Shown: positions 9,532 to 18,102, counted from the stretch's first letter. The stretch: DNA of 64,000 nucleotides from an uncultured Acidobacteriota bacterium (GCA_963770895.1 CAVYRF010000001.1:864001-928000), one strand, 5' to 3'. A program made the numbers and translations. Notes: generated from the letters alone by a model not told the origin.

Positions 9532-10273
9532 AGACGGTGGTGCACAGCGGGTGGCCCGGGACGTCGCCGTCGGGGTCGTGCACCTCCGGTTGGTGCCGGT
9601 GGCGGAAACACACCATCAGCAGGTGCCGGGCGGCGGCGTCGAGCGGCAGCGCCAGACCGCCGACGCTGTGCTGGCTGTTGCCGCGCAGGTCCAGCTCGGC
9701 CACGTACCTGAACTCCAGGCCGCCGCTGGGCTGCGGCTCCGGCTTGATCGGGTAGAAGTTCGGCTCGATGGTCAGCTCGTTGCGGGCCAGCCGGAGGGCG
9801 CCCGAGCGCGTCAACGGCCGGCTGTCGTCGAGCGGCATCTGGGTGCGCATGCCGAAGTCGCACTCCTTGTCCAGAACGGGCATCGTTTTGCGGCTCTCGC
9901 GCGTGGCGATGAAGAGGTCGCGGTTGCCGTAGCGGCTGCTCTCGCTGTCGAAGTCAACGCCGTCGCCCTCCGAGTCGTCCCGGCTGACGTGGCCGAGCAG
10001 CGCCTGTACTCCCAGCTGCGGCTCGTTGAGAAAACCCAGCCGGGCGAAATGCCTGTCTTGCGCCCCGACGTAGGATTCCTGTCCGAGGAGATGGTGTTGC
10101 AGCGAGATCGTCAGCGGGTCGCCCGCCAGCTCGAAGGTGGCGCGGAAACGCCCGTCCTCCCAGGCGATCCGCAGCGCCGTCACCGGCGCCTTCAGCACCG
10201 CGCCGCGGGGTCGATCTGGATTGAGGGTAAAGCGGTGCAGCTCCCAGACGTCGGCGTTGTCGTGTGTTTTCAT
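9509..10273 (-). CDS. Hypothetical protein (254 aa, no recognised family)
   Basis: Globular-protein composition; GGAAGGAG upstream; overlaps the CHAT start by 23 nt. Confidence 0.75.
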   Translation of the reverse strand: MKTHDNADVWELHRFTLNPDRPRGAVLKAPVTALRIAWEDGRFRATFELAGDPLTISLQHHLLGQESYVGAQDRHFARLGFLNEPQLGVQALLGHVSRDDSEGDGVDFDSESSRYGNRDLFIATRESRKTMPVLDKECDFGMRTQMPLDDSRPLTRSGALRLARNELTIEPNFYPIKPEPQPSGGLEFRYVAELDLRGNSQHSVGGLALPLDAAARHLLMVCFRHRHQPEVHDPDGDVPGHPLCTTVYGGVQAY

Positions 10274-10409
10274 TTCGGCCAGGGCTCCTTCCTCGAGCGC
10301 ATCTCGCGTTGAACGATCAGAGTGTCAGCGAACAATCGATACCCAAAGTCCAGCGGATCGCCGGCGGCCGCCTGGCACAGCCGTCCGTCTGCGTCGAGCG
10401 AGGCCAAAA

Positions 10410-10418
10410 AGTATAGCA
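10410..10418 (-). promoter_or_regulatory. Extended -10 promoter element
   Basis: TGcTATACT on the minus strand, about 140 nt upstream of the 10273 start. Confidence 0.45.
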
Positions 10419-10439
10419 GCGGCCTGCTGCGCGCACCGG

Positions 10440-10517
10440 CGGCATCGGCGCACCTGGCGCCATGGGCGGCATCGGCGCCATTGGCGGTGTTGGCGGCATG
10501 GGCGGCTGCGGCGTCAT
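10440..10517 (-). repeat. Imperfect 9-bp tandem repeats (ATGCCGCCC/ATGGCGCCG-like)
   Basis: Reads as MTPQPPMPPTPPMAPMPPMAPGAPMPP on the minus strand. Confidence 0.55.
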
Positions 10518-11276
10518 CGGAAGCCTGCGGCGGCGCCCGCCCGGCGTAGCGGCGGGGGCCGGTCGCCCCCCTCCGGCACCGGCGGCGGCGAGCCCGCCCG
10601 GCGCCGCCAGAACGGCGACGCCGGCCACCGCCTCTCCAGGGCATAGTGGGCGGCCCGCTGCGCCAGGTAGTCCGCATAGGCGGCGCGGCCGTCCTGCCGC
10701 CGCCGCTCGCCCGCCAGGATCGCCGCGGCGCAGGCGCGCCCCGAGCGCAGGGCATGATCGATCCCCTGTGCCGCCAGCGGATCGGTGGCCGCCGCGGCAT
10801 CGCCGGCCAGCCACAGTCCGGCGCCGCCGCCGACCGTCAGGCAGCTCGCGGCGCCGCGCGTCACCAGCCGCCGCGGCGGCGACCAGCCGCGGACGCGGCG
10901 CTCGGTGTGGACTGGCGCCGGCCGCCGCCGCCGCGGCCGCCAGCATGCGGTCGAAGCGGCGGCGGTCCAGGTGCCAGGCGCAGCCCTGCGGGTCGAACAG
11001 GTGATCGCGATGGGTGAGGGCGCCGTCGCCCCAGGCGGAGCAGACGCCGAAGCCTGGCAGGTGCGCCGCCGCGGCGAAGCGCCGCCACAGGCCCAGCGCC
11101 GCCAGCTGGGCGCCGGTTGCGGGCGGCGCGGTTTCGCCCAGGCGCTCGCCCCGATAGTCCGACCCCTCGACCAGCGCCACCCGCGCGCCGCCGCGCGCCA
11201 GCTCCAACGCCGCGGCGGCGCCCGCCGGGCCGCCGCCCAGCACCACCACCTCGGCCGCCGCGGTGCCGCCCGTCAC
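10514..11276 (-). pseudogene. LodB/GoxB-like flavoprotein with an internal deletion and frameshift
   Basis: GTGA overlap with the lodA-like stop. The N-part VVVLGGGPAG..LGETAPP..SAWG..WHLDRRRFDRML jumps near 10912 into another frame with GDAAAATDPLAAQGI..YALERRWPASPFW. The central part expected in the family is absent. Confidence 0.85.
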
Positions 11277-13207
11277 GCCCCGCCGACCTCCGGCAGCTGG
11301 CGCTCGACTTCCAGGTATTCGGGCGCCACGGCGGTGCCCAGATTGCGCACCACGCCCAGGCCGTTCCAGTCGCTGACCATCTGCAGCGCGCCGTCCTCGT
11401 TGGCGACCGAGCGCAGGTAGATGGGCCGGCGGTACCTTCCCCGCGCCTCGCGACCGATCAGCGCGTCCACCGCGGCAAAGAACGCCTCGTCGCCGCGAAA
11501 CTCGCGGCCGGCGAGCGGGCGCAGCGCCGCGACGGCCGCCGCCGGCACGCCGTCGGCCTGCATGCCGGCCAGGCCCGCCGGCGTCACCAGGAAGACCGTC
11601 ACGTCCGGGATGCCGCGCGCCCATTCGACCTGGCGGAAGCGGTCGGCGGCGGTCCGCACCACCAGGGGGCGCGTCGCCGGCCACCAGGCCAGGGCCATCT
11701 GGTGCGGCGTGTCGCGGTCGATGGTCTGCGACGAGCACTCGAAGAAGTCGGCCTGCCAGGGCAGCGCCATCCGCTTGCCGAGGTCGCCCGGCTCGACGCC
11801 CGCCGCCAGGTCCTCGTCGAGGCTCAGGCCGCCGCCCGCCGCCAGGCGCCGCGGGCGGATGCGGAAGGGCGCGGCATAGATCCGCCGGTCGCGCGCGATC
11901 CAGGTCATCTCGATGCCCGGCGTGAAGGCGGCGCCGACGCAGTTTTCGAGCACCGCCCGGTCGAGCGCCGCGCCGGGGCCCGGCGGCCGCGCGGCGGCGC
12001 CGGCCACGAAGCGGCCCGCCACCCACTGTTCGAGCAGGAAGTACTGGGTGCGCGTCAGCGTCGCGCAGCGCTCGACCAGCACCGAGCTCATCTCGGGGTT
12101 GTCGCCGGCCAGCAGCGGCATCAGCCAGTGCAGGCCGTCCTCGCTGCGCACGCGGTTGGGGCTGCCGGCGGGCCGGATGCGGTCGAAGTAGTAGCGCCGG
12201 TGGCGCTCCTGCGCCGGATCGGGGTTGCCCAGCGCCTCGAGGTCGTAGAGGTGGGCGTGCGGCGGCAGGCGCGCCTGGCGCGCCTCGCCGTGGCCGGTCA
12301 CCCAATGCAGCGCCGCGCTGCGCGCCAGGATGGGCCGCACCTCCCGCTCCCAGCTGGGCCGGTAGTCGCGGTTCCAGGCGCCCTGGCGAAAGATCTCCGG
12401 CGCGTGCCCCAGCTCCCGCACCGCCACGTCGTACATCGCGTCCCAGAGGGTCACGGTGTTGGCGATCTGCGGCGCGTAGTCGGGCGGCGCCACCACCGCC
12501 CAGGCCGCCTGGGCCGCGATCCGGCCGCCGCTGCGCAGCACCACGACCGCGGTGACCGGACCGTCCGCCGTGTCGTCGAACCAACCGTCGTTGTTCGAGT
12601 AGTGGCGGATGCGCGGCGGCGGCGCCATCGAGCCGGAGCGGCCGAGCCCGCCCAGCACCAGCAGGCCGCCGGCGGCGTCGGTGCGCATCTCGCCCAGGGT
12701 GTCGATGGAGAAGGGGGCGAGCGCCGGCGGAAACGTCTGCGGGTAGCCGGGGTCGCCGGTGCCGCGGGCGAAGGCGGCGCGCCGGTTGGCGCCGGCGAGC
12801 GTGCGCGGTCCCGGATCGACGATCAGCTTGCGCCGCGCCGCCGGGTCGGTGATTGCGGCGTTGCGCAGCGGGTGCGTCGGAGCGTAGCCGGACTCGCCCT
12901 CCTTCTGCCGGAACTCGTACCAGATGGCCTTCTTGTTGGCCAGGTGGACCGTCCATTCGATGGCCGCCACGCCGTCCTCGCCGGGGCGCACCGGCCGGCC
13001 AGGATCGCCAGGCCCGTCATAGGCGTGGACGCGGAAGCGGCAGCCGCCGCGCCGCAGGCGGCCGCTCGCGTCGCGGAAGCGCTCCACCTCGCGCCCGTCC
13101 TCTTCGGTAGGCAGGCCGCCCGCCACCTCGGGAGTCAGGAAGTGGCTGTCCGGGCTGTTGCCGACGCGGGCGATGCCGATGCCGGGGTGAACTCTGTACT
13201 CAGTCAT
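11273..13207 (-). CDS. LodA/GoxA-family CTQ-dependent amino acid oxidase
   Basis: MTEYRVHPGIGIARVGNS, WTVHLANKKA, NNDGWFDDTADGPV, FTPGIEMTW, MALPWQADFFEC (CTQ Asp/Cys) and WWPATRP (CTQ Trp). ATGA overlap with the upstream gene. Confidence 0.93.
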   Translation of the reverse strand: MTEYRVHPGIGIARVGNSPDSHFLTPEVAGGLPTEEDGREVERFRDASGRLRRGGCRFRVHAYDGPGDPGRPVRPGEDGVAAIEWTVHLANKKAIWYEFRQKEGESGYAPTHPLRNAAITDPAARRKLIVDPGPRTLAGANRRAAFARGTGDPGYPQTFPPALAPFSIDTLGEMRTDAAGGLLVLGGLGRSGSMAPPPRIRHYSNNDGWFDDTADGPVTAVVVLRSGGRIAAQAAWAVVAPPDYAPQIANTVTLWDAMYDVAVRELGHAPEIFRQGAWNRDYRPSWEREVRPILARSAALHWVTGHGEARQARLPPHAHLYDLEALGNPDPAQERHRRYYFDRIRPAGSPNRVRSEDGLHWLMPLLAGDNPEMSSVLVERCATLTRTQYFLLEQWVAGRFVAGAAARPPGPGAALDRAVLENCVGAAFTPGIEMTWIARDRRIYAAPFRIRPRRLAAGGGLSLDEDLAAGVEPGDLGKRMALPWQADFFECSSQTIDRDTPHQMALAWWPATRPLVVRTAADRFRQVEWARGIPDVTVFLVTPAGLAGMQADGVPAAAVAALRPLAGREFRGDEAFFAAVDALIGREARGRYRRPIYLRSVANEDGALQMVSDWNGLGVVRNLGTAVAPEYLEVERQLPEVGGA

Positions 13208-14739
13208 CGTGCGCCTCCTGGCGTGTCGTTCGCCGCGGCGGCGGCGCCTGCGGCGCCGGCGGCGTTGGGGGTGCTGGCGGCGGCGCGGCCGCGCAGCCAA
13301 TCGGCGAGCAGGCCGGTGCCGCGGGCGGCGTCGTAGTACTCGCCGGTCAGGCAGCGCGCGACCGCCGCGCGCTCCTCCGGGGTGAGGCGCGGCGCCGGTC
13401 CCGGCCCCTGCTGCGACATCGGCGGCATCCAGCCCTGGGCGACGTGCACCGGCACCAGCGGCATGCTGGCGCCGGTCGTGGGATGGAGCAGGATCTCCAG
13501 GTCCTGGTCGCTGCGCAGCGCCTGCGGGTAGTTGATGTTGCCCAGCAGGGTCGGCGAATGGCAGCGGGCGCACTGCATGGCCTCGCGCAGCCTGGGGAAG
13601 GAGGCGGCGCCGACCGGCGCGGCGCAGCGCGCCAGCTGTTCGTCCGGGCGCGGCGCGCCGACCGGGCCGAGCGCCGGGCCGAAGCCTGCGGTGTCCATGT
13701 GGCGGCGGCCGGCGCCGTCGCCGCCGAAGTCGGGCGGGCCGTAGGCGGCGATCTTGTCGTTCAGCCAGCGGGGGATCTCGCCGTCGCCGTCGCCCTTGAC
13801 CACCAGCCTGCCGTCGGCGCCAAAACCGTACTCTGCGAGCGGGTGGATCGGCAGCACCGCCACCTTGTGGCAGTCGTAGCAGTTCTCGGTCTCGTGTCCC
13901 GCCTCCAGGCGCGTCTGCAGCTCGATCGTGCCGTCCGGCTTGTAGACCCGCCAGTGGTCGACCACCGCCGTCACCACCGGGCTGCCGGGCGGCGCCGCCG
14001 CCGGCGGCCGGCGCACGGCGACGACCGACAGGCTGAAGATCTGGTTCTTCCGCTTGTGGTCGCGCATGTCGGGCGTGGCGATGCCGAACTGCACCCACTG
14101 CTCGGGCTGGGCGCCGCGCTCGTCGGCCGGGATGTAGATGAAGAACCGGCCGTAGGTGGTCCGGTCGGGGGTCTTCAGGAAACGTGACTTGTAGAGCAGC
14201 GTCACCCAGCGCTCGGCGAGCGGCCGGCCGGCGTTGCGGCGGTCGACGATTTGCTGGGCTTGGCGATACCGCGCCGGGTCGCTCACCGCCGCCAGGAACT
14301 CCTGGCTGGTGAGCGGCGCCGGCAGCGCGATGTCGCGGCGCACCGTGTCCAGGTAGGTGCGGTCGGCGACGCGGAAACCGAACTTGTGATCGGGCAGCGA
14401 GCTGATGCCGGCGGCGGCGGCGAAGCGCTTGAGGTTGGCGACCACGGCGCCGCCGGGGGTCCCTTCTCCCAGCCGCTCCGGGCAGCGGGCCTGGGCGGCG
14501 GCGATCCCTTCCTGGATGCGCCACGCCAGGCGCGCCACCCTGTCGACTTCCAGGTAGCGCTCGCCGCCGGCCTGGCGGGTGGGGGTGAGCAGCTGCCGCA
14601 CGGCGCCGTCGCGCCACGCCGCCAGCTCCGCCGGGCTCATGGTGCACAGCGCCGCTTCGCCGCAGCCGCGCGGCGCGGCCAGCAGCACGCAGGCAAGGGC
14701 CACCGGCAGCAGGGTGAGCAGACGCCGCCAGCGGCTCAT
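13204..14739 (-). CDS. Secreted protein with two CxxCH heme-c motifs
   Basis: Signal MSRWRRLLTLLPVALACVLLAA; CYDCH and CARCH, with a distal MPP; GGAGGAGG RBS; 4-nt overlaps on both sides. Confidence 0.8.
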   Translation of the reverse strand: MSRWRRLLTLLPVALACVLLAAPRGCGEAALCTMSPAELAAWRDGAVRQLLTPTRQAGGERYLEVDRVARLAWRIQEGIAAAQARCPERLGEGTPGGAVVANLKRFAAAAGISSLPDHKFGFRVADRTYLDTVRRDIALPAPLTSQEFLAAVSDPARYRQAQQIVDRRNAGRPLAERWVTLLYKSRFLKTPDRTTYGRFFIYIPADERGAQPEQWVQFGIATPDMRDHKRKNQIFSLSVVAVRRPPAAAPPGSPVVTAVVDHWRVYKPDGTIELQTRLEAGHETENCYDCHKVAVLPIHPLAEYGFGADGRLVVKGDGDGEIPRWLNDKIAAYGPPDFGGDGAGRRHMDTAGFGPALGPVGAPRPDEQLARCAAPVGAASFPRLREAMQCARCHSPTLLGNINYPQALRSDQDLEILLHPTTGASMPLVPVHVAQGWMPPMSQQGPGPAPRLTPEERAAVARCLTGEYYDAARGTGLLADWLRGRAAASTPNAAGAAGAAAAANDTPGGAR

Positions 14740-15300
14740 GACGCCTCCTCCTTGCTGCCGGGCTCGACGATGCGCACCCGCTGCATCATGCCCACGTCTT
14801 CGTGCACCAGGATGTGGCAGTGCATGACGAAGTCGCCGGGAAAGCGCACTTACCGGGTGCGCAGGCGCACGCCGTCGGCGGTGGACGGCACGACCACCAC
14901 GTCCTTCCACATCGGCGTGCGCAGCGCCTTGCCGTTGATCGACAGCACCAGGAACGGGTTCACGTGAATGTGGAACGGGTGGATCATCGGCTCGGCGTGA
15001 CCGTGCTCGCCGACGAAGGGGTCGGCGGTCAAGTGCCAATCCTCGACCGTGCCGACCACCGGCCGGTGCGCGATCTCGTTGCCGTCGTAGCGCCTGCCGT
15101 TGATCCCCCAGCGATACCGCCAGTAGGACGGGCAGGTCGCGCGCTCCTCGCGGATGCGCTCGATGGTGAAGCGCACGTCGCGCGTCCTGACCGGCGCGCC
15201 GGTGATGCGGTGGCCGGAGTCCGGGAGCTTGCGCGGCGGCGACAAGACGCTGGCGACCATCCGGGTGGTGCCGCGCCGCTGGCCCGCGCCGCCGCCGCCG
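14736..15300 (-). pseudogene. Multicopper oxidase C-terminal remnant with an in-frame stop
   Basis: HPFHIHVNPF..WKDVVVVP..RTR*VRFPGDFVMHCHILVHEDVGMMQRV; TAA at 14850-14852; N-terminal cupredoxin domains missing. Confidence 0.88.
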
Positions 15301-15466
15301 CGTGCAGCGCCGGCGGCATCGCTCCCAGGCCAGCCTCGTGCGCCAGGTAGCGGTCGTACTCAAACGGGAAGTCGGGAATCAGCGCGGTGACCGGCGCCGC
15401 CGCGAGCAGCCCCCGCCGGGCTGCCGGTTGCAACGCAGACACCAAGGGTGGAATCGCTACGGACAC
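15301..15466 (-). pseudogene. N-terminal stub of a DavB/tryptophan 2-monooxygenase-like flavin amine oxidase
   Basis: AGGAGGAG RBS and GTG start. PDFPFEYDRYLAHEAGLGAMPPALH resembles the DavB-type PDFPFAFDDWLEHPAGLGSIP motif (from recall). It breaks off just before the expected GxGxxG. Confidence 0.72.
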
Positions 15467-15622
15467 GTTCTCCTCCTGGCTCCGCCCGCGGCAGGGCCGC
15501 GGCCTGGGCGCGCTACGCGGATCTCATCTCTGTCAGTGGAGGGAGGAGTCGAATTCTTGCAGCCGCCCGCCGAGACGGGCGCTGCCCAGAAGCGCAGCTA
15601 CTTGGGGCCGGTTCGCAGCCAG

Positions 15623-16531
15623 TTACGCCGGCACGTCGTCGAGGCCCCAGTTCCGCAGGGCGAAGGTGGCTCCGTGGACGACGCCGGTGCCCGTGGCCAG
15701 CGTCAGCTTGCGCGCCCGCACGTCGTCGCGATAGGTCGCGCTGGCCGCATCGGCCACGGCGTTGGCGATGAGCTCCCGCAAATCCTGCTCGTTGGCGGCG
15801 GGACGCTGGGCCAGCCGACTCTGGATCTGGGTCCGGGCGGCGGCCTTGACGCCGCCGTTCTGGACATGGATGTCGAACGCCAGGGCCAGTCCGAGCTCGG
15901 TTTTCAGGCCGAAAGCGCTCGCGGTCTTGAGAGCGGCCTGAAAGTAGTTGCTGTCCGCCAGCGCAAGCTGCGCCGCCTGCACCTCCGCAATGGCGCCAAA
16001 GGCGCCGAATCCCGAGCGCCACGGCTCGGCCAGCTGCAGTTTGTTGCCGCCCAGGCTGCACGAGTCGGCGAAGGCGAGCTGCTGGGGCAGCGGCTCCTTC
16101 AGGATCCGCAGCAGTTGCTCGCCGTTGGCGCCGAACGCCTGCCGCACAAGGTCGGGGCGGGTTGCCTGGATCTGCAATACGACCTGGTTGAGCGAGCCGC
16201 TCGCCAGGTTGAAGCCGATGATGCCCCAGGTGATGCCGGCGCCATCGAAGTTGCCCTGCGCGAGCGTGAAGTCGTGCCCCTCGAACGTGGCGGTGACGCC
16301 CAGGGCGCGATCCCGGATCGCCGGCACCGGAGCGCCCATGAGCGCCTGCCAGGTGTCCGCATCCACGGCTCCGGTCGCGTCGAGCTTCCGCGCGGTCTGG
16401 AACGCCTTGACCGCGGCGCTGGTCGCCGCCCCGAAAACTCCGTCGACATTCGCGCCGGTGAGACCGAGCTGGCGCTGCATCCGCCGCACGATCTCGCCGC
16501 GGGCGCCCTGGGAGAAGAAGACCCTGGCCAT
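15623..16531 (-). CDS. Peptidoglycan-binding domain + lysozyme/chitosanase-like hydrolase
   Basis: PG_binding_1 motif DGVFGAATSAAVKAFQ..LDATGAVDADTWQAL, then TFEG..GNFDGAGITWGIIGF and FDIHVQNGG; AGGAGG RBS. Confidence 0.87.
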   Translation of the reverse strand: MARVFFSQGARGEIVRRMQRQLGLTGANVDGVFGAATSAAVKAFQTARKLDATGAVDADTWQALMGAPVPAIRDRALGVTATFEGHDFTLAQGNFDGAGITWGIIGFNLASGSLNQVVLQIQATRPDLVRQAFGANGEQLLRILKEPLPQQLAFADSCSLGGNKLQLAEPWRSGFGAFGAIAEVQAAQLALADSNYFQAALKTASAFGLKTELGLALAFDIHVQNGGVKAAARTQIQSRLAQRPAANEQDLRELIANAVADAASATYRDDVRARKLTLATGTGVVHGATFALRNWGLDDVPA

Positions 16532-16666
16532 GGTGGTACCTCCTGTCGAGCGGCTCCGTGATCCTTGCTTAAGACGATACTAACAGCCGGGCGCCCTCGA
16601 CGGCGGCGGGGGCACTATGTCCTTATGGCAATCCATGCCGCAAGTTCCTTAACAAGGAGGTACTTG

Positions 16667-16945
16667 ATGTCGCGAGTCTTCGCCGCTCTCAACCGCCGCG
16701 TCGCGTTGATCGTGCTCGCATTTGGTCTTGTCACCGCCGCGCTCGTGCTGGATCCGCCGCGCGCCAACGCCCAGATCCACTGCGGTGAGGGGGAGAGGGC
16801 CATCGACCTGATCGACTATTACAGCAGCCCGCAGGAGACCGAGTTGGTGGGACAGTGCAAGCAGTCCTGCAGCGGTGGGGAAACCTGCACCGGCCAGGTC
16901 ACCCAATATTCCAGCGTGATCATGTACGCCTGCTGCCCCGCCTAG
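16667..16945 (+). CDS. Small secreted Cys-rich protein (DUF6289-like)
   Basis: AAGGAGG RBS; signal ending ANA; mature part YYSSP..LVG.C..C..C.GQVTQY with 6 Cys. Confidence 0.78.
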   Translation: MSRVFAALNRRVALIVLAFGLVTAALVLDPPRANAQIHCGEGERAIDLIDYYSSPQETELVGQCKQSCSGGETCTGQVTQYSSVIMYACCPA

Positions 16946-17019
16946 CCCGCCATCGAAGAGGTGTTGCGACCGTTCGACACCGTCCGCCCGGGCCACCGGC
17001 GCGGGCGGCGCGGTCCGCG

Positions 17020-18078
17020 TCACTCCTTCGCCGGGAGGGCCTCAGGGGAGTGGGTCAATTCGAGCTGCAGGCCTTCGCTGCCGAGCCCTTCCAGGAAGCG
17101 CGGTGCATCGAACAGTTCGCCCGGCGCAAAAACGCCGCCCCGGTCGATAGGATCATCGAGGATGCGCTCGGCGGCCGCGACGACGAGCGGTGCCGTGAAG
17201 GCATAGATATCGCGCCCGCGCGCCGTGGCGCGGCGCGTGCCGCCTTCGCGGTGCACGGTCACTTCGATCAGGAACGTCTGCGCCGAGCGGCCCGACGCGT
17301 CCGCCGCCACCGGAGACGGGGTAGCCGGGTCGCGCAGATCGCGTATGGAACTGGTGTTGAGATAGGTATGAAGGTCGGACACCTGCAAGTGGCGCCCGAT
17401 CAGGATCGTCTCGGTCAAGGGCGACTCGACCACTTCCTGCATGCCGAAGGGTGCGGCGAAGGTCCACGACGTGGTCGGCGCCGGATCGGCGATCGGCGTC
17501 AGGACGCCGCCGGCGAGGACGCGGCGGCGGGCCGTGTTGCGGGCGCCGGTGCGCCGGGTGCCCTGCGTCGGGCGCCAGCTATCCAGGGCGATGCCGATGC
17601 GGATCTCCTGCGCCCGCGGCCAGTCGCCCATGGCAGCGGTCGCCAACAGGTCGCAGAGACCGCCGAAAAACGCCATCGCGGGCAGCACGATCACGCCCGC
17701 GCTCTGTGCCGGCGTGGCAAAACGCTCGAACGTCGCCAGCGCGCTCGCCTGCTCGGCCGTCACGTCCAGGTAGTGAACGCGGGCGCGCAGCGCCGCCTCG
17801 ATCAAGGGTTCGGCCGTGTCCAGAAACGGCCCTGCGCAGTTGATCACCGCCGCCGCGCCGGAGAGGGCGCGGTCGAGCGACCGGGGATCTTCGATGCCGG
17901 CAACCCTGAAGGCGGAAAAACCGGCCGCTGCCAGCTTCCCTTCATCGCGGCCGATGGCGATCGGCGTGAAGCCTCGTTGCGACAGCTCCGCTCCCACAAA
18001 TCTGCCCGTATGCCCGGCAGCGCCGTACACGGCAACCGGCGGCTTCGCCCCCGCTGCTTGCTCATTCTGAGTGCCCAT
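17020..18078 (-). CDS. Saccharopine dehydrogenase-like NADP-binding oxidoreductase
   Basis: VYGAAGHTG, VINCAGPF, HYLDVTAEQ; GGAGG RBS before the ATG at 18078. Confidence 0.9.
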   Translation of the reverse strand: MGTQNEQAAGAKPPVAVYGAAGHTGRFVGAELSQRGFTPIAIGRDEGKLAAAGFSAFRVAGIEDPRSLDRALSGAAAVINCAGPFLDTAEPLIEAALRARVHYLDVTAEQASALATFERFATPAQSAGVIVLPAMAFFGGLCDLLATAAMGDWPRAQEIRIGIALDSWRPTQGTRRTGARNTARRRVLAGGVLTPIADPAPTTSWTFAAPFGMQEVVESPLTETILIGRHLQVSDLHTYLNTSSIRDLRDPATPSPVAADASGRSAQTFLIEVTVHREGGTRRATARGRDIYAFTAPLVVAAAERILDDPIDRGGVFAPGELFDAPRFLEGLGSEGLQLELTHSPEALPAKE

Positions 18079-18102
18079 CGATCTCACCCTCCAGAGTGCA
18101 TG

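Noticed and set aside
1-10273. Type III-E CRISPR (Craspase) locus
   Set aside because: No cas genes or repeat-spacer array; the CHAT proteins carry signal peptides. Analogy only.
10317-15363. ORF-track calls of 879, 1124 and 719 aa
   Set aside because: Spurious upstream extensions. The real starts at 11276, 13207 and 14739 are supported by motifs, RBS and 4-nt overlaps.
15623-16531. Prophage lysis module
   Set aside because: No holin, structural, integrase or other phage genes nearby.
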